From Selaginella moellendorffii (Eukaryota > Plantae > Lycopodiophyta), in NCBI RefSeq assembly GCF_000143415.4, contig NW_003314330.1, positions 372,001 through 436,000 of the forward strand: a stretch of 64,000 nucleotides of DNA. Direction: 5' to 3'. Shown piece by piece: positions 30,413 to 40,892 of this stretch. Every line of letters begins with the position of its first letter. Position 1 is the stretch's first letter. Both the position numbers and the translations under genes were made by a program. Under the pieces are notes generated by a model. It made no database searches, was not told the DNA's origin, and saw nothing but the letters and a program-made list of their open reading frames with translations.

Positions 30413-31227
30413 CCATTATATTATAAATGTTTTTTTTTATCATCTAGAATTTCAATTTACTTCCCTTTATTCAAATTTAGCAATACACTCCAAAAATTTG
30501 TATTTTTTATCTTAGATAAACAAATTTTAGTGCTATTTATCCCCATTGTTTTACAAAATTCTTCATTAAGCAGTGGAGAAATTTAACCTACCTATATAAC
30601 CTCATCTATTATTAATAGTATTTAGATAATATATTTTATATTTATTTAAATATATTACATTATCATTTTTCTTAAATTTTGTTTGACTTCATTTTTAACA
30701 TATTCAACTTTTAAAAAAAATATGGTTTATAAATATTAAATTTTTAATAAATTTATCTAAAAGTAATTATAACATGAAATTCTAATCTTGAATTTAAAAA
30801 ATCTATTGATGCAAAATATCTAATTTCTCTAAAGTAGAAGAGAAAATGAAAAAAATATTAATATTAGTTATAAAACTTTTTGGATGAATTTAAATTGTAA
30901 ATTTAGAAATTCAAAACTCAATCAAAAAATATTCAATTAAAAGTTCTTTTTTAATGAGTCTCAAAAAATTAAATTTTTTATAAATACAATTGATATATAT
31001 ATAAATGAATGGTGCAAATGAAGACATTAATATTCTTTTGCATAAACATACATTTGAGAACAATGTTAGTGAGATGAATTTAATTAGAATATGAAAAAAT
31101 TAAAGGAGTTACAAACACCAAAATGAAAATAGAGTTATTAATTAATTTAATAGCACTAAGAATGGTGTATTACAATAAATCAACTATGCACAGTTCCCAA
31201 AAATATTAAAGATCGTTTATATATGCA

Positions 31228-31544
31228 TAGATAAAATATAAATTTAATGTATGTGAACCAAAAATATGAAATTTTCCATAACCAATAATGCATCACACTC
31301 TTACGTCATATCTAGAAAAAAAAAAAGTCAATATAAAAACTTTAAAAAACAATACAAACTTTTAATAAAGATACTCAAGCTCCCTTAGATAAAATATAAA
31401 TTTAATGTATGTGAACCAAAAATATGAAATTTTCCATAACCAATAATGTATCACACTCTTACGTCATATCTAGAAAAAAAAAAAAGTCAATATAAAAACT
31501 TTAAAAAACAATACAAACTTTTAATAAAGATACTCAAGCTCCCT
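31228..31544 (+). repeat. Direct tandem duplication of a ~158-bp AT-rich unit
   Basis: tagataaaatataaatttaatg...gatactcaagctccct occurs at 31228-31385 and 31386-31544 almost identically. Confidence 0.92.
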
Positions 31545-32437
31545 TTGTGCTAGGAATTAGATCGAACACTGACTCCAATTTCAACCAATGGCCACACAAT
31601 AGGCAATAAAAAAAAACAAGTAGGTACTATTGACTATTGAATGATATATGTGACTATTGAGTATAGAATTAAATATTTATCAGTGCCCTTTCCACTTTAT
31701 CCAGAAAATCCTAATCTCCTTCAGAGACTGATTGCTAGTCGACTGTAAACAATCTTATTGCGATTGCAACTTAATCCTAGCCTTCTTCTCCATTCTGTCT
31801 ATGTTGCTGCCACCAAACTTCCCTCCTACTGCTCTAGACGTGGCAGCAAAGTAATGTGCCAAAGTTGGGAAACAACAAAACAAGTAATTTGGAGATGAAA
31901 GGGCAACTAAGTTAGATGGCAGTCGCATAAAAAGATGAGATGGTTGGAGGACGGGCATTCGCAATTGGGGATTAGAAGAATGGCAGATAATTTAAATGAG
32001 CTGTTGAACAAACGCCTTGACATGGAGTCGTCATGTTTGCATGCGGAGACACGGCACCTGGGCTATTAAGACTTGTTGTGCGCCTCTTTGCTGTGAGGAT
32101 TCTTAGTGTTCTTTTAGCCGGCTGAGGAAACTAAGTGGCCCCATGCTCAACCGAGCTGGATTGGCATTGTTAGTATCCTGTACTCGCTGGATCTCTAGGC
32201 AGAGCTTCTGCAGGTCCTGCTTACACCTTGGTGGCTCTTGTCCCTCTTGATGACACTTCCACAATTCTGGCACACGTTCAATCTCTAATTGAAAAATGGT
32301 TTCCTACGATCACTGAGAAAGAAAGGAAAGAATAAGAAAGAATAAAAATGCAGTCAACGGATCTGTAATGAAAATGAATTATTAAACTACAAAAACGATG
32401 CCATTGATCCGCCGCAAGAATGCGTTGCCTGCTTTCT

Positions 32438-32976
32438 TCACTGCTTGGCGATCACATCCTCGATCAAATCGGCAGCGTCTTGCACGGTGACAATCTTCTC
32501 GGCTCCCTCCTCGCCCAGGCTGATCTTGAAGTTCTCCTCGAGTTGCATCATCACCTCAACCTTTGGAGACGAATCAAAGCACGAATCAAAGCATCCAGTC
32601 AGAAAACAAAAAGAAGGAGCGAAAGATCCATTACCGTGTCGAGCGAGTCGGCTCCAAGATCGGCGAACTTGGCGGCCGGAGTGACGCTGGACTGATCGAT
32701 CGAGAGCTGGGTGGCGATGATCTTCTGGACTGAAGCAAGAGTCTCTGGCTTTGCCTGTGAAAGCAGAAGATCACACTCCCCTGGAGAAAAATCCGAGCAC
32801 TAGAAGAAAGGCATATAGAAGCATACCGCGCATGAAATGAGGGAGCGACCCCGCTTGCTTGTCAAGACAGTGGCGCTGGGCCTGAATCCGACCACGGGGG
32901 AAGCTCTCGCAAGGGATCCGACGCTAGCAAAGGACACGGCGGGCACCATGGAGCACGATCCAGCGGCAGCGGCCAT
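32438..32976 (-). CDS. ACP: Plastid acyl carrier protein, 3 coding exons
   Basis: Transit peptide MAAAAGSCSMV..., mature AKPETLASVQKII...KFADLGADSLDT-VEVMMQLEENF...VQDAADLIE with the phosphopantetheine DSL motif. Confidence 0.92.
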
Positions 32977-33356
32977 TGCTAGAGCACCAAAAGCAGATCT
33001 TAGAGCGATCGATTGGAGAGACAATCTTACCAGAGCGAGACGAGGTTACTCCGAAATGAGGAAGGAAATGCTCGCGAATGCCGCCTGGATCACGAGGAAC
33101 TGAGAGAGAGAGAGAGAGCGCCTAAAACCCTGGCTGAAAGCCCGGGTTATATGGAGGGACAAAGCTCTTGACGGACCATCCAATCCAAAGAGCATGCAAA
33201 AACCAACTCATGAAAAAGGTTTTACCACAAAATTATTTGCTTTTATCCAACTTGCTCTTCTGTAGGAATTGCAAAATGCCCCTCGAATTTGGCTACATTA
33301 TCGTGAGGGTGACGGACATCTTTCTCAAGAGCCCTAGAAAAAATTTGGAAGTTATG

Positions 33357-34130
33357 TTATTGCTCTACCTCGGGGTTGGGCACACCCAGGTTAGTGGCGT
33401 CGTAGTTCGTGAAGAACACGTACTGGTAGACAAGGTGTGGAATGCACGGCTGGAACACCTGCGGTTTCACATCCAGCATTCGCTCCAGGAGCTGCGAGTT
33501 CTCCATGATCGTGCTCAGCAGAATTTTTCCTGTGACAATGTCGGAGCTTAGCTGCCGCGAGTAGAGATTATTTCTTTTCTCTCACCGTTTTCTGCTAGGA
33601 GCAATCGAGCAGCCTCTGCGTACTTGGTCCACACCTCCGACGTGATGAAGGGAGGATCAATCACCACGAAATCGAAGCTATGGTGGAAAGCCTCTGGGAT
33701 TTCCTTGGGCTTGTTGAAATCCCATTTCACGTAGTTTGGCGATCGAGACCACTGCGCGTCCACCTGTGGAAGGGAAGATTTGCAATGCAACCAAGAGAAA
33801 AGAGACGATCCTTACATCGAAAACGAAGCTACATTTCCTCAGTTGCAAATCCTTGAGCGAGAAGTAGACGCTGGGAGTGGAGAGAAACGCGGCCTTGGTA
33901 GCGCGCTCTTCGACTTCCTGGGAGACACCAATATTTCATGAAGAAACTGTGCTGTGCGCGAGGGAGATCTGATCGAGATCCGGATCAAACACACCCTAGA
34001 AATCCATGACGATCTAGATCACCTTGACAATGGCGGCGATGGTGGCGGCCGAGTACCAGTACTGATTGAGCTCCCACTTCTCGGGCGTCCTCTGGACGAA
34101 TGCGCGCCCTAGCGCCTCGCCGTCCACCAT
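33357..34130 (-). CDS. EEF1A lysine methyltransferase 1 (N6AMT2/Efm5)-like, multi-exon
   Basis: EKWELNQYWYS, AFLSTPSVY, YVKWDFNKP, FDFVVIDPPFI, YQYVFFTNY are motifs of the N6-adenineMlase/EEF1AKMT1 family. Confidence 0.8.
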
Positions 34131-34260
34131 AGCCGCGGCGCGCCACAGCCTAGAATATTTACTCCGTACTACCAAGAAACCAAAAATCTGGCCAACTGTA
34201 GAGAAGCAAATCTTGGCCGCTGGAACGCCGCCACGTGTCATCGACAAAGATCGCGCTCTT

Positions 34261-36225
34261 TTAGAATGCGTTGGAGATCAAGATGTACGGCGCCGATGCC
34301 TCGGGCTCGACCTCCAGGAGCTCTCCGTACGCCCTAGCCCCGTGCTCTTGGTTCTTGTGGAGGCGGCACGCGCTCAAGAACGTCGTCCACGCCACTGGAT
34401 CCGGCAGATAGGGCATGCTGTGGATCAGCTCCTCCGCGTCGCGCAGCCGCTTCGATCGCCCCAGCAGATCGATCATGCAGGTGAAGTGCTCCAGCTTGGG
34501 ATCCATCGCGTAGAGCTCCTGGATCGCCAGGAATTGGGCGCGCGCGCCCTCGAGCATCCCGCAGTGGCTGCATCCCGTGAGGATCATCGAGAATGTGGTG
34601 TCGTTTGGCCGGATTCCATCGAGATCCAAGCAGCGAGCCAGCCACAAGCCCTCGCTCCAGGGGCCGTGCTCCGCGTAAGCCCCGATCATACAGTTCCACA
34701 CCACCAAGTTCTTATCCTCCATTCCATCGAATAGTCTCCGTGCTTTGAGCATATGCCCACAGTGGGCATATGCCGCCACCATTGTGTTCCTGGCGATTAC
34801 GTCTTGGAACGGCATAGTTTGGAAGATTTGCTCGGCCTCGAGAATATGCCGCTTGTGGGCATATGCCTGGACCATGACACTGTACGTGACAATGTCCCAG
34901 CAGGGCATCTTCGTAAACACCGATTTAGATTCCTCGACGCGACCGTTTGTGGAGTACGCTGAAATCATAGCCGTCCATGAAATGAGATCTTTAAATATCA
35001 AGCCAGCAAAGAGTTTCTCGGATTCTAGAATATGCCCACACTGGGCATATGCCGTGAGCATCGAAACGGAAGAGACAATGTCATAGAACGGCATCTTAAC
35101 AAATATCTTATTTGCAGAGTCAAACTCCTCGTTTTCTATGTAGGCCATGAGTATCCCATTCCAAGATACCGAGCCTCGAACAGGCATATTCTCAAACATG
35201 GCGCTGGCCTCTTGTAGATACCCTTGCTGGGCATATGCTTGCATCACAGCCGTCCAGCACACGGTATCCCTCAAAGGCATCCACTGGAACGCGTCCAACG
35301 CCTTGGAAAGATTCCTGTTCTGGGTATATGCCACTATGAGACACGTCCACGTCACGACGTCCCAAGCTGGCATCGAATAAAACAAGGTCTCGGCCTCACA
35401 AAGATGCCCTGTGTTGGTATATGCTTGGAGCATGCAATTCCATGAGATAATATTCCTCTTTGGCATGGAATCAAAAGCCTCCCTAGCTCTAGACAAAATC
35501 CCAGCCTCGGCATAAGTCTTTAACAGTGCTGTCCAAGATACCACATCTTTCTCTGGCATCTCACCAAACAGCTTAGATGCTTTTCGAATATGCCCAGACA
35601 GGGCATATGCTTGCATCAGGCAGCTTTGGGCCACTTCATTGTGCTGGGGCATACGTCCGTACACATACTCCACATCCTCTGCTAGGCCACACTCCACATT
35701 TACCTGGAGGACCGTACACCATGACACAATATTTCTAGTGGCCATGTCGTTGTACATTTGCTTAGCCTCGTCAAAATGCCGGTTTTTGGCAAGTGCTTGG
35801 AGCATGATGTTCTGGCTCATCACGTCAGGTAAATCCATGGTCTCGTACAAATTACATGCGTGCTGGATAAAACCATGGTCGCCCAGTGCCATGACCATGG
35901 TTGTGATGCTCACGTTGTTTGGATGGGGAATCCGCTGGAAGAAAAGCTCCGTCTTGCGGATATTCCCGGACCGGGCATATGCCGAGAGCATAATGTTCCA
36001 CGAATATTCGTTCTTGTGGGAGATGCTGTGGAACGCAGCCTCGGCATCCTCGAGGCTGCCACACTTGTTGTACATGTCGACGACGAGATTCGCAAGGAAG
36101 GTGTTTGATCTACAGTCGCTAGTGCCAAGAATTTCACGGTGGATTTTCTTGGCCACGGGTAGATCCCTGGCAGCTATGCACGATTTGATGGCATTGACGA
36201 AGAAATCCTTGTCATTCCATCTCAT
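34261..36225 (-). CDS. Intronless PLS-class PPR protein with short-repeat array and truncated E domain
   Basis: 654-aa ORF with FxxMPxxDVVSWTA repeats, GCSHCG, HFTCMIDLLGRS, AWTTFLSACRLH; ends PYILISNAF*. Confidence 0.93.
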   Translation of the reverse strand: MRWNDKDFFVNAIKSCIAARDLPVAKKIHREILGTSDCRSNTFLANLVVDMYNKCGSLEDAEAAFHSISHKNEYSWNIMLSAYARSGNIRKTELFFQRIPHPNNVSITTMVMALGDHGFIQHACNLYETMDLPDVMSQNIMLQALAKNRHFDEAKQMYNDMATRNIVSWCTVLQVNVECGLAEDVEYVYGRMPQHNEVAQSCLMQAYALSGHIRKASKLFGEMPEKDVVSWTALLKTYAEAGILSRAREAFDSMPKRNIISWNCMLQAYTNTGHLCEAETLFYSMPAWDVVTWTCLIVAYTQNRNLSKALDAFQWMPLRDTVCWTAVMQAYAQQGYLQEASAMFENMPVRGSVSWNGILMAYIENEEFDSANKIFVKMPFYDIVSSVSMLTAYAQCGHILESEKLFAGLIFKDLISWTAMISAYSTNGRVEESKSVFTKMPCWDIVTYSVMVQAYAHKRHILEAEQIFQTMPFQDVIARNTMVAAYAHCGHMLKARRLFDGMEDKNLVVWNCMIGAYAEHGPWSEGLWLARCLDLDGIRPNDTTFSMILTGCSHCGMLEGARAQFLAIQELYAMDPKLEHFTCMIDLLGRSKRLRDAEELIHSMPYLPDPVAWTTFLSACRLHKNQEHGARAYGELLEVEPEASAPYILISNAF

Positions 36226-36366
36226 TTGCCTTGCCCACGAATATTTACCCCTCGTTGACTTTTGAATTTGGCGCGTGGAATATTTAGCCGTTGACGCGGG
36301 TATATTCGATGTATGAGTGGAATATCGTTCGTATAGCTAGGTTTTCGCGATTTTGGGAATGGTGTC

Positions 36367-37844
36367 ATGACAATGATCTTGAGGAAGCTGTCGCGATCCG
36401 TGACTTGCCTCAAGCCCGCCGTGCTGGAGGATGGAGCACCGATCAAGGCGCAGCGCCACTCGGATAATCGCGGTTTCAGCGACAGCTCCAATTCTTTCTC
36501 CCACGGCGGCTTCTCGCGCCAGGCGCCGGATCAGAGCATTGCCTATCGATTCGACATGGCGGAGCTGCTGAGAATTACGGGAAATTTCTCGGCCGATCGG
36601 CTCGTCGGGCAGGGAGGGTTTGGGACGGTCTACAAGGGCCGCCTGCGCGACGGCACGGTCGTGGCAGTCAAGCGCGCAAAAAAGGTAAGAGGAGAAATTT
36701 TCTTTGTTTTTTTGCGCGATTCCTGTCGCGGCTTGTAACCAAGATTGGCGGTTTCACAGAACAATCTCGAGTCGAGAATCACGCAGGAGTTTAGGAGCGA
36801 GATCCAAATGCTGGGCAATGTGGAGCATTTGAATCTCGTGAAGCTCCTGGGGTACTTGGAGCAGGATCGCGAGAGGATCATCGTCGCGGAGTTCGTCCCA
36901 AATGGAAATCTTCGCCAACACCTAGATGGTATGTAAGAACTTTTCTTCTCTAGCTCAATCCTCTAAAGACCTTGGCTAAACCAGGACAAAATGGAAGTGT
37001 GCTCCACTTGGCCACCAGACTGGACATCGCGATCGATGTAGCGCACGCATTGACTTATCTCCACCTCTACGCTGGTAAGCACGATTTTTTTTAAAGATTT
37101 CTCCACCAGACCGCTACAACGCTGCCGCCGCCCAGACTTATTCTCGCGAGACCACTGTTGTTCTTGGCAGATCGTCCCATCATCCACCGCGATATCAAGT
37201 CCACCAACATCCTTCTCACGGACACCTTCCGCGCCAAGGTCAGCGACTTTGGGTTCTCGCGAACCGGTCCTGCGGACCTAGAGTCCACTCACGTCTCCAC
37301 TCAAGTGAAAGGCACCGCCGGGTACGTCGACCCCGAGTATCTCCACACTTACCAGCTCACGGACAAGAGCGATGTCTACTCTTTCGGCATTCTCGTGTGC
37401 GAGATCATCACCGGACGAAGGCCCATCGAGCTCATGCGGCATGGCGACGAGCGAGTGACCATACGATGGGTACGTTCTCCTCTCACTCATAACGTGATTT
37501 TGTTCTTCGGGTTTTACTGTTTTCGTTGATCTCTTCAGACGTATAAGAAGTTCCGGGAAGGCAAGCTTCACGAGGCTCTGGATCCGCGGATGGAGATCAC
37601 GCCGGACACTTACGTGATCATCGAGCAGATGATGGAACTGGCGCTGCACTGTGTGGCACCCAAGCGAACGGACAGGCCCTCGATGAAACGCGTTGCCGAG
37701 GCGCTGTGGAACATTAGAAGAGATCACAGGCCGGAGTTGCAGCGGCTAGCCGAGAGGGAGATTTCGTCGAGCAGGGCTGTGAGCAGAAGTAACTCGAAAC
37801 AAAGCGATAGTCGTGCTTCCGCTGCTGCTCATCCGTGGCTGTAA
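36367..37844 (+). CDS. Receptor-like cytoplasmic kinase, CRCK (RLCK-IV)-like, multi-exon
   Basis: [56 protein letters not shown]; no signal peptide or TM. Confidence 0.88.
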
Positions 37845-38075
37845 ATCACAAGAAAAAAAAATTGTAAAAAAGTGAGAGAAACAAACAAAAAAAAAACAAG
37901 TTTTGTTAGTTCGTATCAACGATAATTCATACCTCTTCTCGTCTCTCTGCGTGATGTGCGTCAAAGCTTCCAAAAAGAAGAAAAAATGGAACTTTTGTCT
38001 GAGTGACCTGTTCTTCCTTGACTTCTTCAGGCTCACGAGCGTTTCTTGGGCTCACGAGCCTTCGGTCCTTCTGGA

Positions 38076-39083
38076 ATGGCTGCTTGCAAATCTAGTGAGC
38101 TGCTAGCACTGAACTACACGGGAGTACCTGGATTGTTCGATGTTCTTCCAGATGGATCCGTTATAAGGTCCGATATCCTCTCTCCTTCCATAGCTGCAAA
38201 CTCGAGTAGCTTCACGCGAGATGTGCTCGTAGACCGCGGCACCGGCCTCCAAGTTAGAATCTTCCTCCCTGCCGCTCACTCGGCCTGTAAGGCTTCAACC
38301 CTCTCGATCATCGTCTACTTCCATGGAGGAGGCTTCTGTATGTGGACCGCCGACACTCTCTACGTCCATAACTTCTGCGCCAAGTTGGCTCGAGCAGCAC
38401 ACGCGCTGGTTGTCTCGGTCAGTTACAGGCTAGCTCCCGAGCACCGGCTTCCAGCGGCTTACGAAGATGGGGCTCGAGTTCTCCAGTGGCTGGCTGGTCA
38501 CAAGGATTCCTCTCACTCGTTTAAGTTGGACGAGCCCCTGGATCCCTGGATCGTGTCCCTGGCAGATTTCTCGCAGTGTTTCCTCATGGGAGAGGGCGCT
38601 GGAGCCAACTTGATCCACCACGTCATGCTGGGCCGGAGAGAAAAGTCGCTGCCCGTGCACGGCCTGATTCTAGTGAATCCGCTTTTCGGTGGCGAGGAAC
38701 GGACTCCCTCGGAGGTGGAGCTCGAGAAGACGGACATGGCTGCACCCGTTGGCATGCTTGACGAGCTCTGGAAGTATTGTCTGCCGCTGGGAGCTGATAG
38801 AAACCACCACTTCTCCAATCCTTTTGGGGACGAGGTGGCCAAGAGTCTGTCCGAGGCCGAGTTTCCACGGGCTCTGCTCGTGGTCCCTGGCCGGGGCTCT
38901 CTCCAGGACAGACAATTCGAGTACTTCAACCTCTTGAAAAGTCTTAACAAAGACGTGCTGCTCTTGTTCCTCAAGAACGCAGCGCATGGCTTCGAGTACA
39001 TGGAAGGACAGGTTGATCAGGCGAAGATCCTGCTCCAGTTTACCGTCCAGTTCATGGCTGAAAAGACATCCAAAGTTTCTTAG
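38076..39083 (+). CDS. Alpha/beta hydrolase of the CXE/GID1 (HSL) family with non-canonical nucleophile elbow
   Basis: IIVYFHGGGF, VSVSYRLAPEHRLPAAYED, CFLMGEGAGANL, PLFGGEERTPSE, HGF; intronless. Confidence 0.9.
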   Translation: MAACKSSELLALNYTGVPGLFDVLPDGSVIRSDILSPSIAANSSSFTRDVLVDRGTGLQVRIFLPAAHSACKASTLSIIVYFHGGGFCMWTADTLYVHNFCAKLARAAHALVVSVSYRLAPEHRLPAAYEDGARVLQWLAGHKDSSHSFKLDEPLDPWIVSLADFSQCFLMGEGAGANLIHHVMLGRREKSLPVHGLILVNPLFGGEERTPSEVELEKTDMAAPVGMLDELWKYCLPLGADRNHHFSNPFGDEVAKSLSEAEFPRALLVVPGRGSLQDRQFEYFNLLKSLNKDVLLLFLKNAAHGFEYMEGQVDQAKILLQFTVQFMAEKTSKVS

Positions 39084-39207
39084 AGCTCTGTGTTTGAGAT
39101 TTACCTCTCAAACGCTCGCTATAAGCGAGTTTTCGTACACAATAAAATGTAAGAACCTGGAGAAATCCATCATCAAGTTTGAGAAAAAGGTTGAAACTTT
39201 CGTTACC

Positions 39208-40038
39208 TCAAAACTTTTTATAATACTGCTGCTTGAGGAGATCCAGCTTCCGTTCAAGGTCTTCGATCTTTGATCCCCACTCGGGCTTTACGACGATCGG
39301 TCTCATGACGCCGTCGATAACGCTCTTAGGGTCCTCGCTCTTGACACTTCCTTCACTGCCGCGACGATTTTTCCTCGTCATGGTCCGTCGTTTGTTTTTT
39401 TGCAGTTGACGCTCGAGCGCCGACTGCTGCAACGCTGCCAAGACTGCCTCTGAAAACGTTGATTGATCGGAAGAAGTTGCAGTAGCAATCGAAGAAGAAG
39501 AAGAAGAAGAAGAAGACGAAATCGAAGATCTCTTCTTTGAAGTTTCTTCTGCATTTAAGCTGGCCACGACACTGTCAACTTTCTTCTTCTTCTTCATGGC
39601 TGTTAAAACTTCGTTTCCTCCTCCGTCTTCGCCTGGGAGATCACCCTTGAAAGCTTTGGTGAAAACATTCTCCACGGCGACTTCCTTGCTCTCCCGCGGA
39701 GATTCTTGATTTTGCCGTGCGTTATTCTTCGGTTGTTCAACCACACGCTGCTGGAGTAGCGCCGCCAATCCCGCAAAGCCCTGATTTCCAAGAATCCTCT
39801 CATTCCTCTCACTCGATTGCGATCTCTTGACGCTGCTGCTACTCCCAGCCCCAAATCTGCGCTTGCCATTGCCCTGCCTGGACCTGGACGAGCCCGCGCC
39901 CTGGCAGTAGCATTCGAGTGCCCTGAATCCACCGATGCGAGCGGCGCGCATGCGAAATTCGCTGGATGACGATGCCGCTGCTAGCGGCAGCATTCGCGCC
40001 TGGCGCAAATCTAGACGCGAAAGGGCTAGAAAACTCAC
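39208..40038 (-). CDS. Uncharacterised, probably plastid-targeted low-complexity protein with a C-terminal helical motif
   Basis: 276-aa ORF with a transit-peptide-like N-terminus and C-terminal RPIVVKPEWGSKIEDLERKLDLLK. Confidence 0.6.
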   Translation of the reverse strand: MSFLALSRLDLRQARMLPLAAASSSSEFRMRAARIGGFRALECYCQGAGSSRSRQGNGKRRFGAGSSSSVKRSQSSERNERILGNQGFAGLAALLQQRVVEQPKNNARQNQESPRESKEVAVENVFTKAFKGDLPGEDGGGNEVLTAMKKKKKVDSVVASLNAEETSKKRSSISSSSSSSSSSIATATSSDQSTFSEAVLAALQQSALERQLQKNKRRTMTRKNRRGSEGSVKSEDPKSVIDGVMRPIVVKPEWGSKIEDLERKLDLLKQQYYKKF

Positions 40039-40347
40039 ATTCGATTCCCTCGCAAGAACTCTTCTGGAAGAACAATGAGAGCGTCACAATATCGAGCGGC
40101 CCAGAGTCCGCCACGTGTCTAAAATCTACAACCCATTAAACTTTGGTAAAGACCTAAAAAGTTCGAGAATATAATATAGTTTTGATCAAACTCTTAAAGG
40201 TTTGAGTAGAACAGAATATCAGGTAAAACCATATAATTTATTATGAATTCGATCTCACCAAAGAGAAATAGAAGAACAAGAGAGCAAAGAGTTTTACAGT
40301 TATTAGTTACGATCACTCCCACAAATTTTACCTGGAGTTCATGGCAA

Positions 40348-40692
40348 TCACTTTGGAGGACTGGCCGGGCAAAGCTTCTGGAGGCAAGCCAGGTTCAGAT
40401 CCAATGACTCGAGCAGCTGGATCACCTCGCAAGAACAATCGAGCAGGATGGGCGGATCCAGCAGCGCCGCGCAGCAATCCGTGACAAATTCTTGCGTTAG
40501 GGAGACGTCGAGGCACTTGGCTGGAACCTCGACATCGCCCACCAGGCACTCGCCCAGCAATGGAATCCCGCCCGTGAGAGGAGCGAGCGCTTCCAGGGGA
40601 ATAGGAGGGAGATCGAGGTCCCCGCGAGCAAATCGATCGAGCATCGCGATCGAGAGAAGAGCTAGAGCTAGAAACTTCATGGTAGAACTCAT
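40348..40692 (-). CDS. Small secreted 8-cysteine-motif protein (nsLTP/prolamin-like)
   Basis: Signal peptide MKFLALALLSIAML, then a C-C-CC-CxC-C-C pattern. Confidence 0.75.
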   Translation of the reverse strand: MSSTMKFLALALLSIAMLDRFARGDLDLPPIPLEALAPLTGGIPLLGECLVGDVEVPAKCLDVSLTQEFVTDCCAALLDPPILLDCSCEVIQLLESLDLNLACLQKLCPASPPK

Positions 40693-40892
40693 CCTCTTCG
40701 TGAATGCTAGAATAAATTCTATCGATTCATCTGTTCTTGGGGGTTTTTATAACGGGGAAAGCGCGCCAAAAGTCCAAGATTCTAGGTCCCGGGTTCGAAT
40801 CCCAGTTTTGAGGGTATTTTTGGAATGTTTTCGGTGAGGAGTTCGATTCTCTTCTCCACTCCAGCAAACTAGGAGCCCTAAGTGGACGAGCT

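Noticed and set aside
38076-39083. Calling this gene GID1
   Set aside because: It lacks the GID1 N-terminal lid and GDSSG motif and retains the His that GID1 has lost.
40755-40810. Intact tRNA gene
   Set aside because: Only the T-arm-like part is recognisable; no acceptor stem or D-arm could be paired.
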